Positions 9,031-18,500 of a stretch of DNA of 32,000 bases are shown here, one piece after another. Source of the stretch: Candidatus Saccharibacteria bacterium oral taxon 488 (GTDB taxonomy: Bacteria; Patescibacteriota; Saccharimonadia; Saccharimonadales; Saccharimonadaceae); contig CP047921.1 of NCBI GenBank assembly GCA_010202845.1, positions 1 through 32,000 of the forward strand. The letters are read 5' to 3'. The position numbers and the translations under genes were made by a program. Numbering within the stretch: the first letter of the stretch is position 1; each line of letters starts with the position of its first letter. The notes beneath the pieces were generated by a model. It made no database searches, was not told where the DNA came from, and saw only the letters and a program-made list of their open reading frames with translations.

Positions 9031-10893
9031 CTACACTGCCCCGTACCCGCCGAGCGGCGTTTCTGATGGTAGTTGGTGTCGAGAGATCGGCGAGGTGTTG
9101 ATGAGTTCGTATTCGGTATCACTGGCCTGAATCTGGATGTGAACGTGGTTTTGTCCGGCAAAGAATAGCCCCTGCCCCACCGGGAAATTGGCGAGGCGTT
9201 TTTGCTCCTCCTCGGTTAGTTTGAAGACACTGGAAAGGACATCAACGGCGCTGGTTGACTGCTTGAGCAGCAGCTGCATCGACGAGTTAGCGACAATGGC
9301 TCGGCCCATCTTGCTACCCATAAAGTCCTCGACGTCCTGGGTGATGGTCGTGAGACCGAGCTGGTATTTGCGGGCACGCTTGGCGAGAGAAAATAGGAAG
9401 TTGGCTGAGTCGTCGTAGCGCATCAGCTGCCACGCCTCATCGACGATGAGCATGCGCCGTTTCTGGTCGGTACGCGTAATATTCCAGATGTGATTGAGCA
9501 CAATATACATGGCGATCGGCCGCAGTTCGTCCTCGAGGTCACGGATATTAAAGACCACCATGGTGTTATTGATATCAATATTTGATTGCTGGCTAAAGAT
9601 ACCGGCGAAAGTACCGGAGGTAAATTTGCGCAGCCGCTGAGCGAGGCTTGGCCCGGTGCCGCCCATATGAAGCAGCGTATCGTAGAGGTCGGCGATAGTT
9701 GGCGGTGTCGAGTGATGTGTCAACGGGTCAGCGGTGATGCCGACGCGGGCGTAGGTGTCGATCAGCGCCTGGTCAATATCAGCCTCTTCAGCGGCTGTCA
9801 GTCCAGCGATAATCTGCCCGCCCGCCGTCGTCTGTGAGCCACCCAGCATCTGCCGCAACAGTCCATGCAGCGTCACCAAATTCGCCCTCAGTGCATCGTC
9901 CGCCTCATCAGTATCAATCACTCGCGGCAGATCAAACGGATTGATACGAGTATCACTATTGAGGCTCAGTCGAATATAGCTACCGCCGACGGCGTCGGAT
10001 AATTTCTGGTATTCGTTTTCTGGGTCGATAATCACGATGTCTGAACCAAGCATCATGCTGCGCAGCGCCTCTAGCTTCACGGTAAACGACTTACCAGCAC
10101 CAGATTTAGCGAACACTACCATGTTGGCATTCTCGAGGGAAAAGCGGTCAAAAATCACCAGACCATTATTGTGCATATTGATACCATATAACACACCTTT
10201 GCCGTCGGTCAGGTCGGCCGAAGTAAACGGAAAGCTGGTAGAAATGGCGCCGGTATTCATGTTACGGCGAACCTGGAGCTGGTCGGTTAGCTGCGGAATG
10301 GTGCTATTGAGGCCCTGCTCTTGTTGGGCCGAGGCAACCTTAGAGAATACCAGCTGCTGGCCAAAAATTGTCTCGATCTTGTGCTGGATAAAGTTGAGTT
10401 CATCAATACTGTCGGCATAAATCGTGATGTAAAGGCCAAAGCGGAAGAACTTTTCCGAGCCGATCTGTAGCTGGTTGCGCAGTTCCTCGGCATCCTGTAA
10501 TGCCGCTTCCATCGCTGGGTCGCGCACCTTGCCCTTCTCAGAATTAATGCTGAGGCTAGCCTCGAGCTGAGTCACTTTCTTGCGTAAGTTGTTGAGCACC
10601 ACCTGGGTGTCAACTGGATAAATGAACATGCTAATATCTAGCACCTCGTCGATGTTGATCACCGAGCTGAGCCAACCGGTGTATAACTCGCGCGGATAGC
10701 CGTAGACGTACATGGTGCGCCCATACTTTGAACCGAGGCGGAAGTGGTCGGATTTGAGCTCGAGACTGCTCGGGGCGATGAAGTCACGCAGGGTTCTCAC
10801 ACCGGTGAGAAAAGCCTGCTCAACCTCGGCCTGCTCGCGGGCCCGCTGTTGGGCGGCGATATCAATGGCGTCCAGCTTCTTTTTTCTAGCCAT
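9031..10893 (-). CDS. virB4: VirB4/TrbE/PrgJ-family type IV secretion ATPase
   Basis: Walker A is VVFAKSGAGKSFTV, Walker B is RRMLIVDEAW, followed by TTITQDVEDF. N-terminal GRTMYVYGYPRELYTGWLSSV is typical of Gram-positive VirB4 homologs. Longest ORF starts at 10944. The ATG at 10893 is preferred because GGAGGAG lies 6 nt upstream and it overlaps the upstream stop by only 8 nt. Confidence 0.9.
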   Translation of the reverse strand: MARKKKLDAIDIAAQQRAREQAEVEQAFLTGVRTLRDFIAPSSLELKSDHFRLGSKYGRTMYVYGYPRELYTGWLSSVINIDEVLDISMFIYPVDTQVVLNNLRKKVTQLEASLSINSEKGKVRDPAMEAALQDAEELRNQLQIGSEKFFRFGLYITIYADSIDELNFIQHKIETIFGQQLVFSKVASAQQEQGLNSTIPQLTDQLQVRRNMNTGAISTSFPFTSADLTDGKGVLYGINMHNNGLVIFDRFSLENANMVVFAKSGAGKSFTVKLEALRSMMLGSDIVIIDPENEYQKLSDAVGGSYIRLSLNSDTRINPFDLPRVIDTDEADDALRANLVTLHGLLRQMLGGSQTTAGGQIIAGLTAAEEADIDQALIDTYARVGITADPLTHHSTPPTIADLYDTLLHMGGTGPSLAQRLRKFTSGTFAGIFSQQSNIDINNTMVVFNIRDLEDELRPIAMYIVLNHIWNITRTDQKRRMLIVDEAWQLMRYDDSANFLFSLAKRARKYQLGLTTITQDVEDFMGSKMGRAIVANSSMQLLLKQSTSAVDVLSSVFKLTEEEQKRLANFPVGQGLFFAGQNHVHIQIQASDTEYELINTSPISRHQLPSETPLGGYGAV

Positions 10894-11959
10894 GTCGTAC
10901 TCCTCCATATCCATGTGGCGATTCGCCTCGTCCCTTGCGGACATAGGTCGTCGCTAGTTCATCGGCGCCAACGCTCAATGGTTGTTGCGGTGCCACGTCA
11001 GGGTTGTATGAACTGTAGAATAATTCGCCCAGCTGTTTGGTATTAAGCTGCGCGCTCTTTACGCCCATCTGAAACAGCCCGCTCATTACTGAATCAACTC
11101 GGTTCTTGATTTCATCCTTGGCCTTTTCGTAGGCGGTCTGCTCGATCTTGGTGACGGTGTTGTCTTTCTTGCCGCCGAAGAAGCTGTCGAACAGACCCTT
11201 GGCCTGCTGCTTGATAACTTGCATGTCGCCGCTCTGATAATACGGCACAACGATATAAAAATCCTTGTCCATAATATTGGCTTCTTGGGCGAGGACATCG
11301 ATGAAGTTGATATAGTCATCCATCAGCACGTTCAGGAGCATATTGTCTTGGTTGCGGCGGATGTCAATCAGGCGGTCGATATACGGCCCGATGTCAACGC
11401 GACGCGAGCGAATGAGCACTTGAACCGGAAAATATAACGAATTAAGGAAGTTTTGGTAGCTAAACTCAATTCCTTCACGCTCGCGGCCACTCATCAGATC
11501 GAAGTTGATTGACTGACATTGAACAATCGCCCGAAAGCTGCCGTCATTCATGATAATCATATTCTCGCGCATCTCAGAAAATAGCAGCGTGTTCTGGGTG
11601 CTGGTCGGGCCTTTTTGTTGAGGTTTTGCCTGACTGGCCGGCTGCTTGGCGGGCTGTTGCAGGGCTGGTTGTGGCTGGTTGGACTCGGGTGCGGGCGGCA
11701 AGTTGGGGGTCGGTTGTGCCGCGGGTTGCGTGCTTGGCGTCGGCTGGGTTGGCGTTTGGGGTAACTGCTGCGGCAGTGGGCTGAATTGATCAGGATACTG
11801 GGCGTACGGTGAGGTTGGTTCTGCGGAGACTGGGTCAGGCCCAGAGGCAATGACCCCCGGCATGGTCGGCGGATTTGACGGCGCACCAAACTGTGGTGCA
11901 GCGGCTGCATCCGGTGGATAGTGATATGGTTGCTGTTGCTGATCTGGTTGCATAGACAT
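10886..11959 (-). CDS. P/Q-rich protein with C-terminal globular domain (possible VirB4 N-domain-like), T4SS-associated
   Basis: 357 aa. The first ~125 aa are Pro/Gln/Thr low complexity (QPTPSTQPAAQPTPNLPPAPESNQPQPALQQPAKQP). The C-terminal ~230 aa are ordered (MIIMNDGSFRAIVQCQSINFDLMSGREREGIEFSYQNFLNSL...). It lies between the PrgI-like gene and virB4. Confidence 0.7.
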   Translation of the reverse strand: MSMQPDQQQQPYHYPPDAAAAPQFGAPSNPPTMPGVIASGPDPVSAEPTSPYAQYPDQFSPLPQQLPQTPTQPTPSTQPAAQPTPNLPPAPESNQPQPALQQPAKQPASQAKPQQKGPTSTQNTLLFSEMRENMIIMNDGSFRAIVQCQSINFDLMSGREREGIEFSYQNFLNSLYFPVQVLIRSRRVDIGPYIDRLIDIRRNQDNMLLNVLMDDYINFIDVLAQEANIMDKDFYIVVPYYQSGDMQVIKQQAKGLFDSFFGGKKDNTVTKIEQTAYEKAKDEIKNRVDSVMSGLFQMGVKSAQLNTKQLGELFYSSYNPDVAPQQPLSVGADELATTYVRKGRGESPHGYGGVRHG

Positions 11960-11964
11960 CCCAC

Positions 11965-12846
11965 CTAGTGAAGCGAAATCACGACTTCCTTATCATGTTC
12001 TTTTTGGATGCGACCGGCCTCTCGTTGGAGCGAGGCGACCGACAGATCGCTGTGATTACGCGCTAAGTCCATTATAGCAGGCGAGATGGGTGCTGTGCTA
12101 GGGGGCGCCTGGTCGGTGTGGGCCGTCGCGGTCGTCTGCTCGCTGATGGGCGTGATGATGGACTGCTGCATAGTTGGATAGGGGTCGAAGGTCGAGGGTT
12201 GCGGCGAGAGGGCTTGGTCGTCTTGGGTAGTCGGGGTGGTTTGGGCTCGCTGCATTTGCTGGACAATGTCATCATGACGCTTTTCGTCGGCCCGCTCAAT
12301 CAGTGTTTCAAAGGCACGGGCTGTCTTGCTGCTTGGGTCGAGCGGGTCTTGGGCGGTTTGGGCCTCGTTGTACCAATCCGCCTGCATCGAGCTGTTCATC
12401 ACCGAGCTGTTTGGATTATCGACACCGCGCACCGACCAACCGTGCGTGTCCACCAGCGTCGCCAGATATGACAGCCGGCGATTGACCTCGGCCTGGTCAT
12501 ACCCCTTGCCGTATTGCTTTTCCTCAACTCGCGGGGCGATCACCTCGACCATTCGCTCAATGCCATCGGCTCGCCACAGTCGCTGCTTGGGCTTGAGAAT
12601 GAACGAAATAACCGCTGCGAGGTAAACCTCCATCGGCTGATCCTTGCGCAGCGGCAAGGCTAACGCCCCAAAAAACAGCGCAACCGGCACCGGGATAATC
12701 GCCAGTGGCGGCAGCACCGAGAACAGCCCCCACGCCAGCGCAATCATACCGATCGCGACGATCAAGAAAATAAACTGCTTGAAACTAAACGGCCCGAGCA
12801 GCTTGTCTTCAGCTTCCACGTCCTGGGGAACTTTGTAGACGGCCAT
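11965..12846 (-). CDS. PrgI/VirB3-like T4SS membrane protein with long C-terminal extension
   Basis: 293 aa. The N-terminus YKVPQDVEAEDKLLGPFSFKQFIFLIVAIGMIALAWG, a second TM helix and MEVYLAAVISFILKPKQRLW fit the PrgI-family pattern as I recall it. It sits upstream of virB4, as in Gram-positive T4SS loci. Confidence 0.72.
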   Translation of the reverse strand: MAVYKVPQDVEAEDKLLGPFSFKQFIFLIVAIGMIALAWGLFSVLPPLAIIPVPVALFFGALALPLRKDQPMEVYLAAVISFILKPKQRLWRADGIERMVEVIAPRVEEKQYGKGYDQAEVNRRLSYLATLVDTHGWSVRGVDNPNSSVMNSSMQADWYNEAQTAQDPLDPSSKTARAFETLIERADEKRHDDIVQQMQRAQTTPTTQDDQALSPQPSTFDPYPTMQQSIITPISEQTTATAHTDQAPPSTAPISPAIMDLARNHSDLSVASLQREAGRIQKEHDKEVVISLH

Positions 12847-12870
12847 TGGGTATTATTATAGCAGATTAGC

Positions 12871-15501
12871 TTAGGTTTCTGTTGGCGGCAGATACGAAAG
12901 GGCCGCCTCCATTCGCTTAATTGCACCGATACTTTCGCCAATACGACCACTATATTGTGGAGTCGTCCGTACTTCATTTATTCGATCGCGCAGAATCTGA
13001 AGATGCTGTTGTGAAATTTGTCCTCGGAAGTTCGAATTTTCAATCATATCAGCCAGGGTGTTAAGATAGACGGCGTCTTGCGTGACCAGGCCTTCGGTCG
13101 ACAATTTATCCTCGCTAAGCGCCTTGATGGTCGTTTGGGTGATAAATTCTTGGCCAGACCACGGCATATTATTAATCTTAATCTTATTAGCAATTGAAGA
13201 TCCAATCCAGAACGGTCGTGCCGGGTTGTTCTTGAGAGCGTCGCCAGCTTCTTGGGCAAGGGCATCGTCAAGGTGGGCAAAGTCAAGCTGGCTGGTCAAC
13301 GACTTGATAGCCTTAATATTCTTACCGCCAAGAACACGACGAAGTGACGCAGCCTTGACATCCCTGGTAACGGTAATGCCTTTGACCTCGCTACCGATAG
13401 CACCAAGAGCCATATCTACCATGTCAAACTCATCGGCATTGTATCGATCAAGCAAGCGATTTGCGCTCTCGACGCCTTCGTTGTAGGCATTGCTGAGTGT
13501 TTGTTCTGCCATGGCAATCGCTCGATCGGCACCGCGACTGTCACCGAAGTATATTTGTTCGACTTGTCCAGCCAGATTGCGCATCGTCTCGTTTTCTTTC
13601 AGTTCATTTGCCCATCGATCATCGGCAACACGCTGCGATGAAGCGTTCTGCAGGCCCTGGAGAGCCACTTGCTGCGCCGCTCCTCGGGCACGCTCCAAGC
13701 TTTCTTGGAATGACGAAGACAACTCATTGGTCTGGGTAGGCTTGAGTGCCCGCATCGACTTATAATAAGTGTCAACCGCTCCCTTAGAAGCCTCAGCCTG
13801 CTCAGACCATGATTGTGCTTGTGCGTATCGGTCAAAGGTGGCGGAATTAGACATCAGATGATTGCCCCAAGCGGCCTCTAGCCGACCCTCGATAGCCTTT
13901 TTGTCTTCGTTAACCATCCGTCGGTATTGATCAATCTTAGCATAGGAATCAGTCCCCTTTCGTATAACATCAGATTGATCTTGCAACTCTTTGAGCCTAT
14001 CCTTACGATTTTGTGATGACTGCGCCAGCCTGCGTCGCCATGCCGTTGGGGTAAATTTGCTGTCTGGACGTTTGTTGAGTTTTTTGCGTTTCGTAATCTC
14101 GCTTTGCTCTTTTGCCCAGTTCTTAGATCGGTCGAATAATCCCTTACTGCGGTCATTGACGAGACCGGTGAATTTGCCAAGGAGTCCGCCGCCCAACTTG
14201 ATCATCAACGGTGTTAGGGCGAGTGGCGCGATCTGGACCGCCATACCGAGGATATACATCACTGCCCCGTTCGGGCCCGCGGCGTTTTGCATAATGACTG
14301 AGCCCGCCAGCTGTGCCCCACCGAAGGCTGCCGCAAACCCCGGGAAGAATATCAGCATCGTCAAGAAGATATCCTTCCACTTATCAAACCACTTTTCTGT
14401 GCCTGGCAACAAGTAAGCCACAAAAGCCAACGGCGAAATGATAATCAAAATAACGATCAACGCCTGACGGGCGGCCATAATGATAACAACGAGAAGGATA
14501 ACGAGTCCAATACCGCTCAAAAGTGGCACAATAAAAGGAAGTAGCTCGGCCCGCATGACGATTCCGGCAGCCAGCGCCGCACCGCCGGCGGCATCTCCCA
14601 AAATATGGAAGGTGACCTCTTGCCAGGTCATGGGTTCAGATGCTGGTGCAGATCCGCCCAGGGTGGCGACTGTGTTACGAATATTCATGAACATGTCTTG
14701 GAGTGCACTTCCGGCGATGTTTGACAGGTCGAGGAGTATGGCGCAGACGTGGAACGACAAATTGACTAGTACCGCCGCGACAATTAAGCGAGGCAACATC
14801 TTTTTGATGCCATAATTGGAGATGCCCATAGAAGTAACTTGTGAATAAATAATGACTATGAACATGACGATAAAGATACCGTTGGCGATGTTGCGAACGA
14901 TATTCCAGGCTAGAAAGATGCCACTGGTCTGATTACCCGTCTGAAGCGGCGGCACCACGAGAAAGCTTTTAAGCACCCCAAACATCCAGTCGATGGAGCT
15001 AGCTAACCACGCCGAAACGGGACAAAGGATCCAGCCGATACCGCCAGCAACTTCACACGAAAACGCAGAGTTTTGGCTCGGTGGGTCAATTGATAATGTG
15101 GTTGATTCTTTCTTTGTGTAAGTGTTTGGCGAAGTGTACGTGAATGTTGTTAGGGACACTGAGGTCATTGATCCGAGATCGCCTGTTGACGGAAAGTGAA
15201 TGACGCGGACGTCTTGATTATTGGCTACAGTTTTCTTTGACATGTAGACCACTTGGTCAGACCCTAAGTTGAGGGCTTTTAGTTTGTCGACGTCGGAAAC
15301 TCGCTCAAATGTCTCGTTGTCGTAGGATATTTTGCTACTATCCCACTTCGCGTCCGCCGCCAGCGCCTGGCCCGAGGTTACGACCGTACTCAAAAAAACA
15401 CTGACTAGGAGGCCCACCGCCAGCAATATAAACCATTGCAACCATCGCATTGACGATCGCCCTTGTGAACGTAACCACTCCATTACCAGCAATGGTAGCA
15501 T
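12871..15501 (-). CDS. VirB6/TrbL-like polytopic membrane protein, paralog B
   Basis: 876 aa. N-terminal signal/TM, a ~150-aa ectodomain, a multi-TM core (WNIVRNIANGIFIVMFIVIIYSQVTSMGISNYGIKKMLPRLIVAAVLVNLS...) and a ~400-aa hydrophilic C-terminal tail. The alternative start at Met18 (15450; MRWLQWFILLAVGLL...) gives a cleaner signal peptide. Confidence 0.8.
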   Translation of the reverse strand: MLPLLVMEWLRSQGRSSMRWLQWFILLAVGLLVSVFLSTVVTSGQALAADAKWDSSKISYDNETFERVSDVDKLKALNLGSDQVVYMSKKTVANNQDVRVIHFPSTGDLGSMTSVSLTTFTYTSPNTYTKKESTTLSIDPPSQNSAFSCEVAGGIGWILCPVSAWLASSIDWMFGVLKSFLVVPPLQTGNQTSGIFLAWNIVRNIANGIFIVMFIVIIYSQVTSMGISNYGIKKMLPRLIVAAVLVNLSFHVCAILLDLSNIAGSALQDMFMNIRNTVATLGGSAPASEPMTWQEVTFHILGDAAGGAALAAGIVMRAELLPFIVPLLSGIGLVILLVVIIMAARQALIVILIIISPLAFVAYLLPGTEKWFDKWKDIFLTMLIFFPGFAAAFGGAQLAGSVIMQNAAGPNGAVMYILGMAVQIAPLALTPLMIKLGGGLLGKFTGLVNDRSKGLFDRSKNWAKEQSEITKRKKLNKRPDSKFTPTAWRRRLAQSSQNRKDRLKELQDQSDVIRKGTDSYAKIDQYRRMVNEDKKAIEGRLEAAWGNHLMSNSATFDRYAQAQSWSEQAEASKGAVDTYYKSMRALKPTQTNELSSSFQESLERARGAAQQVALQGLQNASSQRVADDRWANELKENETMRNLAGQVEQIYFGDSRGADRAIAMAEQTLSNAYNEGVESANRLLDRYNADEFDMVDMALGAIGSEVKGITVTRDVKAASLRRVLGGKNIKAIKSLTSQLDFAHLDDALAQEAGDALKNNPARPFWIGSSIANKIKINNMPWSGQEFITQTTIKALSEDKLSTEGLVTQDAVYLNTLADMIENSNFRGQISQQHLQILRDRINEVRTTPQYSGRIGESIGAIKRMEAALSYLPPTET

Positions 15502-15526
15502 TTTTATAGAGAAAAGTCAATAGTTT

Positions 15527-18500
15527 CTAGCTGGTGGCAGGTGGATTATTGTTTCGATTATTGCGATTATTTTGATTATTTGGCGGTGCTGAAGGTGGGG
15601 ATTGTGGTGGAGCTGGCCCTCTGCCTGTTCCGGCAACGAATGTTCTCCCCGTCGGGGTGTCTGACGGAATTGCTTCGGTAATATTGTTTGACGGTGCAGT
15701 ATCGTGAGGTATTCTGATCTCATTAGTTCCTGTGCCGCCGTTTCGTATATTCTCAAACTCGGCACGAGTGCTGCCTGATATTGAAGTATTAACGCGCTTA
15801 TTATCCAGCAATGAGGCTGCCCGTTCGGCAGAAATACCAACCATCCTCTGGCTTCCCTTGGTAAACTCGGTTTCACCAGCAATCTTAACTGCACCAGATG
15901 CCTGTCGTGCCAGTTTTTCATCGCTTAATCCGTTAAGCCCCTGGGCGGTCAACTCAGCCATTTGTCGCTGGCTAAAGCTAACTGAATTTACACCATGTTG
16001 CTCCATTTGATCGATGGCGTTCGTACCCATCTCGAATAGCCCCGCGTGATACTCCTGCATATCGGTAAGCGTTTCTGCCATGCGGCGGTTACTAATAGTT
16101 CCGCCACTTTGGAGGTAATCATACATCTGCTGGGCGCCGTGTTTGCCGGTTGATGCGAGCTTTTTAGAAGCAACATACTTGAGCATTTCATTATCTCCTG
16201 CACCCCTCAGCGCAGCGGCGGCATCACCGTTGTACTGATAGTCGAGCATGCGCTTTGCTGTCTCGCGCTCTTCGTCATCAACGGCATCTTGACCTTCGGC
16301 AGCTAGCCTCCTACCCAAATCTCCTCCGATCCAGCGATTGTTTGTAAGATCACTTTCATTGAGCGCCTTGCTGCGTTCGGCGCTTGCATTTCTTCCAATC
16401 CAACGCATCTTGTCGAGAACTCCACTGCCCTTCCAGGCCCCGGCTCGTATAAGCTTTTTGCGGCGTGCTATTTGCTTCTTGCGAAAATCTTGCATCTGAC
16501 CAAGTCGTGAATTGGCATACCTATCTTTTGCCCAGTTTTTGGCGCTGCCACCGAGGCCACCGAGGCGACCGCCGGCGTTGTTGATGTGCTGGCCGATTGC
16601 CCCAGCGACATCAATGGCTTTTTTGAGGACACTCCACACGGCGATGAGCGGCAGAACTTTGATGAGCTCGCCAACAATCTGCATGACCGTATTGTCGGCA
16701 TCTGTAGCCCCTGCTTTAACAATTGATCCCGCCAATATACCGCCACCGAATAGCAACCCAACGATTGGAAAGACCATGAGTAGCCCCACAAAGGTTGAGC
16801 GCCATTTACTAAAGAATTTTTCGGTGTTTGGTAGCAGAAAGGCAACAAAAGCCAACGGTGAGATAACGATAAGGATGACGATGAGAGCCTTGCGGGCGAT
16901 CAACAGGGCGGCAATAGTCACCATGACGACCAGTCCGGAAACAAGCGCTCCGATTAGAACCGCAAGAGCGAGAACTGCGGCCGTAGCCCCAGCGAGGACG
17001 GTTAATGCTATGCCTCCCCAGGTTTCGCCTCCCTGTCCTGACTTTAGGACACTATTAGCAGCACTAATACCGTCACCGATACCACCCAGGCCTGCTCGCA
17101 GGCCGTAGCCGAGGATATTAGACAGGTCAACGGCAATTTGACAGATGTAAATTGATAAGTTCACCAAGATTGCGGCGATGATGAGCCGTGGCAGCATCTT
17201 TTTGATGCCGTAGTTCGAGATGCCAAAGCCGGTGAGCTGAGAGATGATGATTGCCAGAAACATAATGATGAACGCACCATTGGCAATGTTACGCATAATT
17301 CCCCAGGCTGCCTGTACTTCACCCCCAGAGGCAAGATCCGGCTCAATCTTTAGAAAGTTGTCAGCGATCATGGCGAAAGCCGCGTCTGCTATACGCGCCA
17401 TAAAATTAATCACCGGGCAGACGAGCCAGCCGAGCTCCTTAACGGCGCAGTCGGGTCTGTCGCTACTACTATTCTCGCTCTGACCGGATGGGGGGTCGGC
17501 GGTTATATTAGAAAGAGAGCTTTTTATATCATCTTCAGAATACCCTGATTGTTTTTTCAGACAATCAACATATTCACTAGAGTTTGCCACGTTGCCATTT
17601 GATGGCATCTTGTCCTTACAAGCGTTCATCCAGCTGTCAACCTGGCTTTCACAAATTTGTTGTGCAGGTCCGCCACCACGTGACTGGACACACCTCTTTA
17701 TGAGGGCGCTACGAATAGCCTTACGGGTATTTTCAGTAGATTCGGTTTTTGCCAACTGTGCCGCCGCTCCAGCGTTATCTGAAGCCCACTTGGCTATTTC
17801 ACCGCAAGACATTCCGGAGTCTTTTGGTGGCTTATAGGGTTGCTTAAGGCCGCTGTAGAACAGTGGCATAAGACCCTTAAGCCTTGTTTCTTTTGGGATA
17901 TAGAAGAGTCCTTCGGCCGCCGTACCATCAGTTAAAGCAACATTTACCCGTGTATTGAACTCGTGTTTTAAGAGGTCTTTTATATTGCTTGGGGCGCCTT
18001 CGCCGCTCGTAAATCCTCGCCACTCGGCCTTACAGCCAGTTTCTTGGTTTGATAAAAGTACTGCCATGGCCATGGAATAATTGACGAGTGCTGAGTCAAA
18101 TTTGAGGCTTTTGCCGGTCTTTTTTTCGAGGACCCCAACGGCATATGTACCCCTGTCCTTTGGTATATTCCATCGATTGCCACTGTATTCTGGTTTGTCT
18201 ATATTGCCGAGACAATCTAGATTAGCGTTATCTCTCCATTCTCCCTTGAGAGCACAAAACATCTCAGTAAAAGAGCTATAACCAAAGATCTCTCGTGCTG
18301 CCGAAGTCATCTCTTTACAATCAAACTTTCCGTCTTTGGGATCGACCACACCGCTGACGATAGGGGTATTGCTGCCAATATTCCAGTCGCCACTCGCAAC
18401 GTTCTGTGGAGTTAAGTTATCACCAAACCCTTTAGTTCCTCGGGCTTCGATACAGCCACCTATGCCAAGGGCAATGGCGCGTTGCTTGACTTGGGTAAGG

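Noticed and set aside
11557-11964. 135-aa alternative-frame ORF over the P/Q-rich coding region
   Set aside because: It is an artefact of low-complexity CCN/CAR-rich sequence that stays open in several frames. The 357-aa frame continues into an ordered domain and is coupled to virB4.
15517-15921. 134-aa minus-strand ORF overlapping the 3' end of VirB6-like paralog A
   Set aside because: It is a different frame of the same strand inside a long supported ORF. It is His/Gln/Arg-rich with no signal or TM features.
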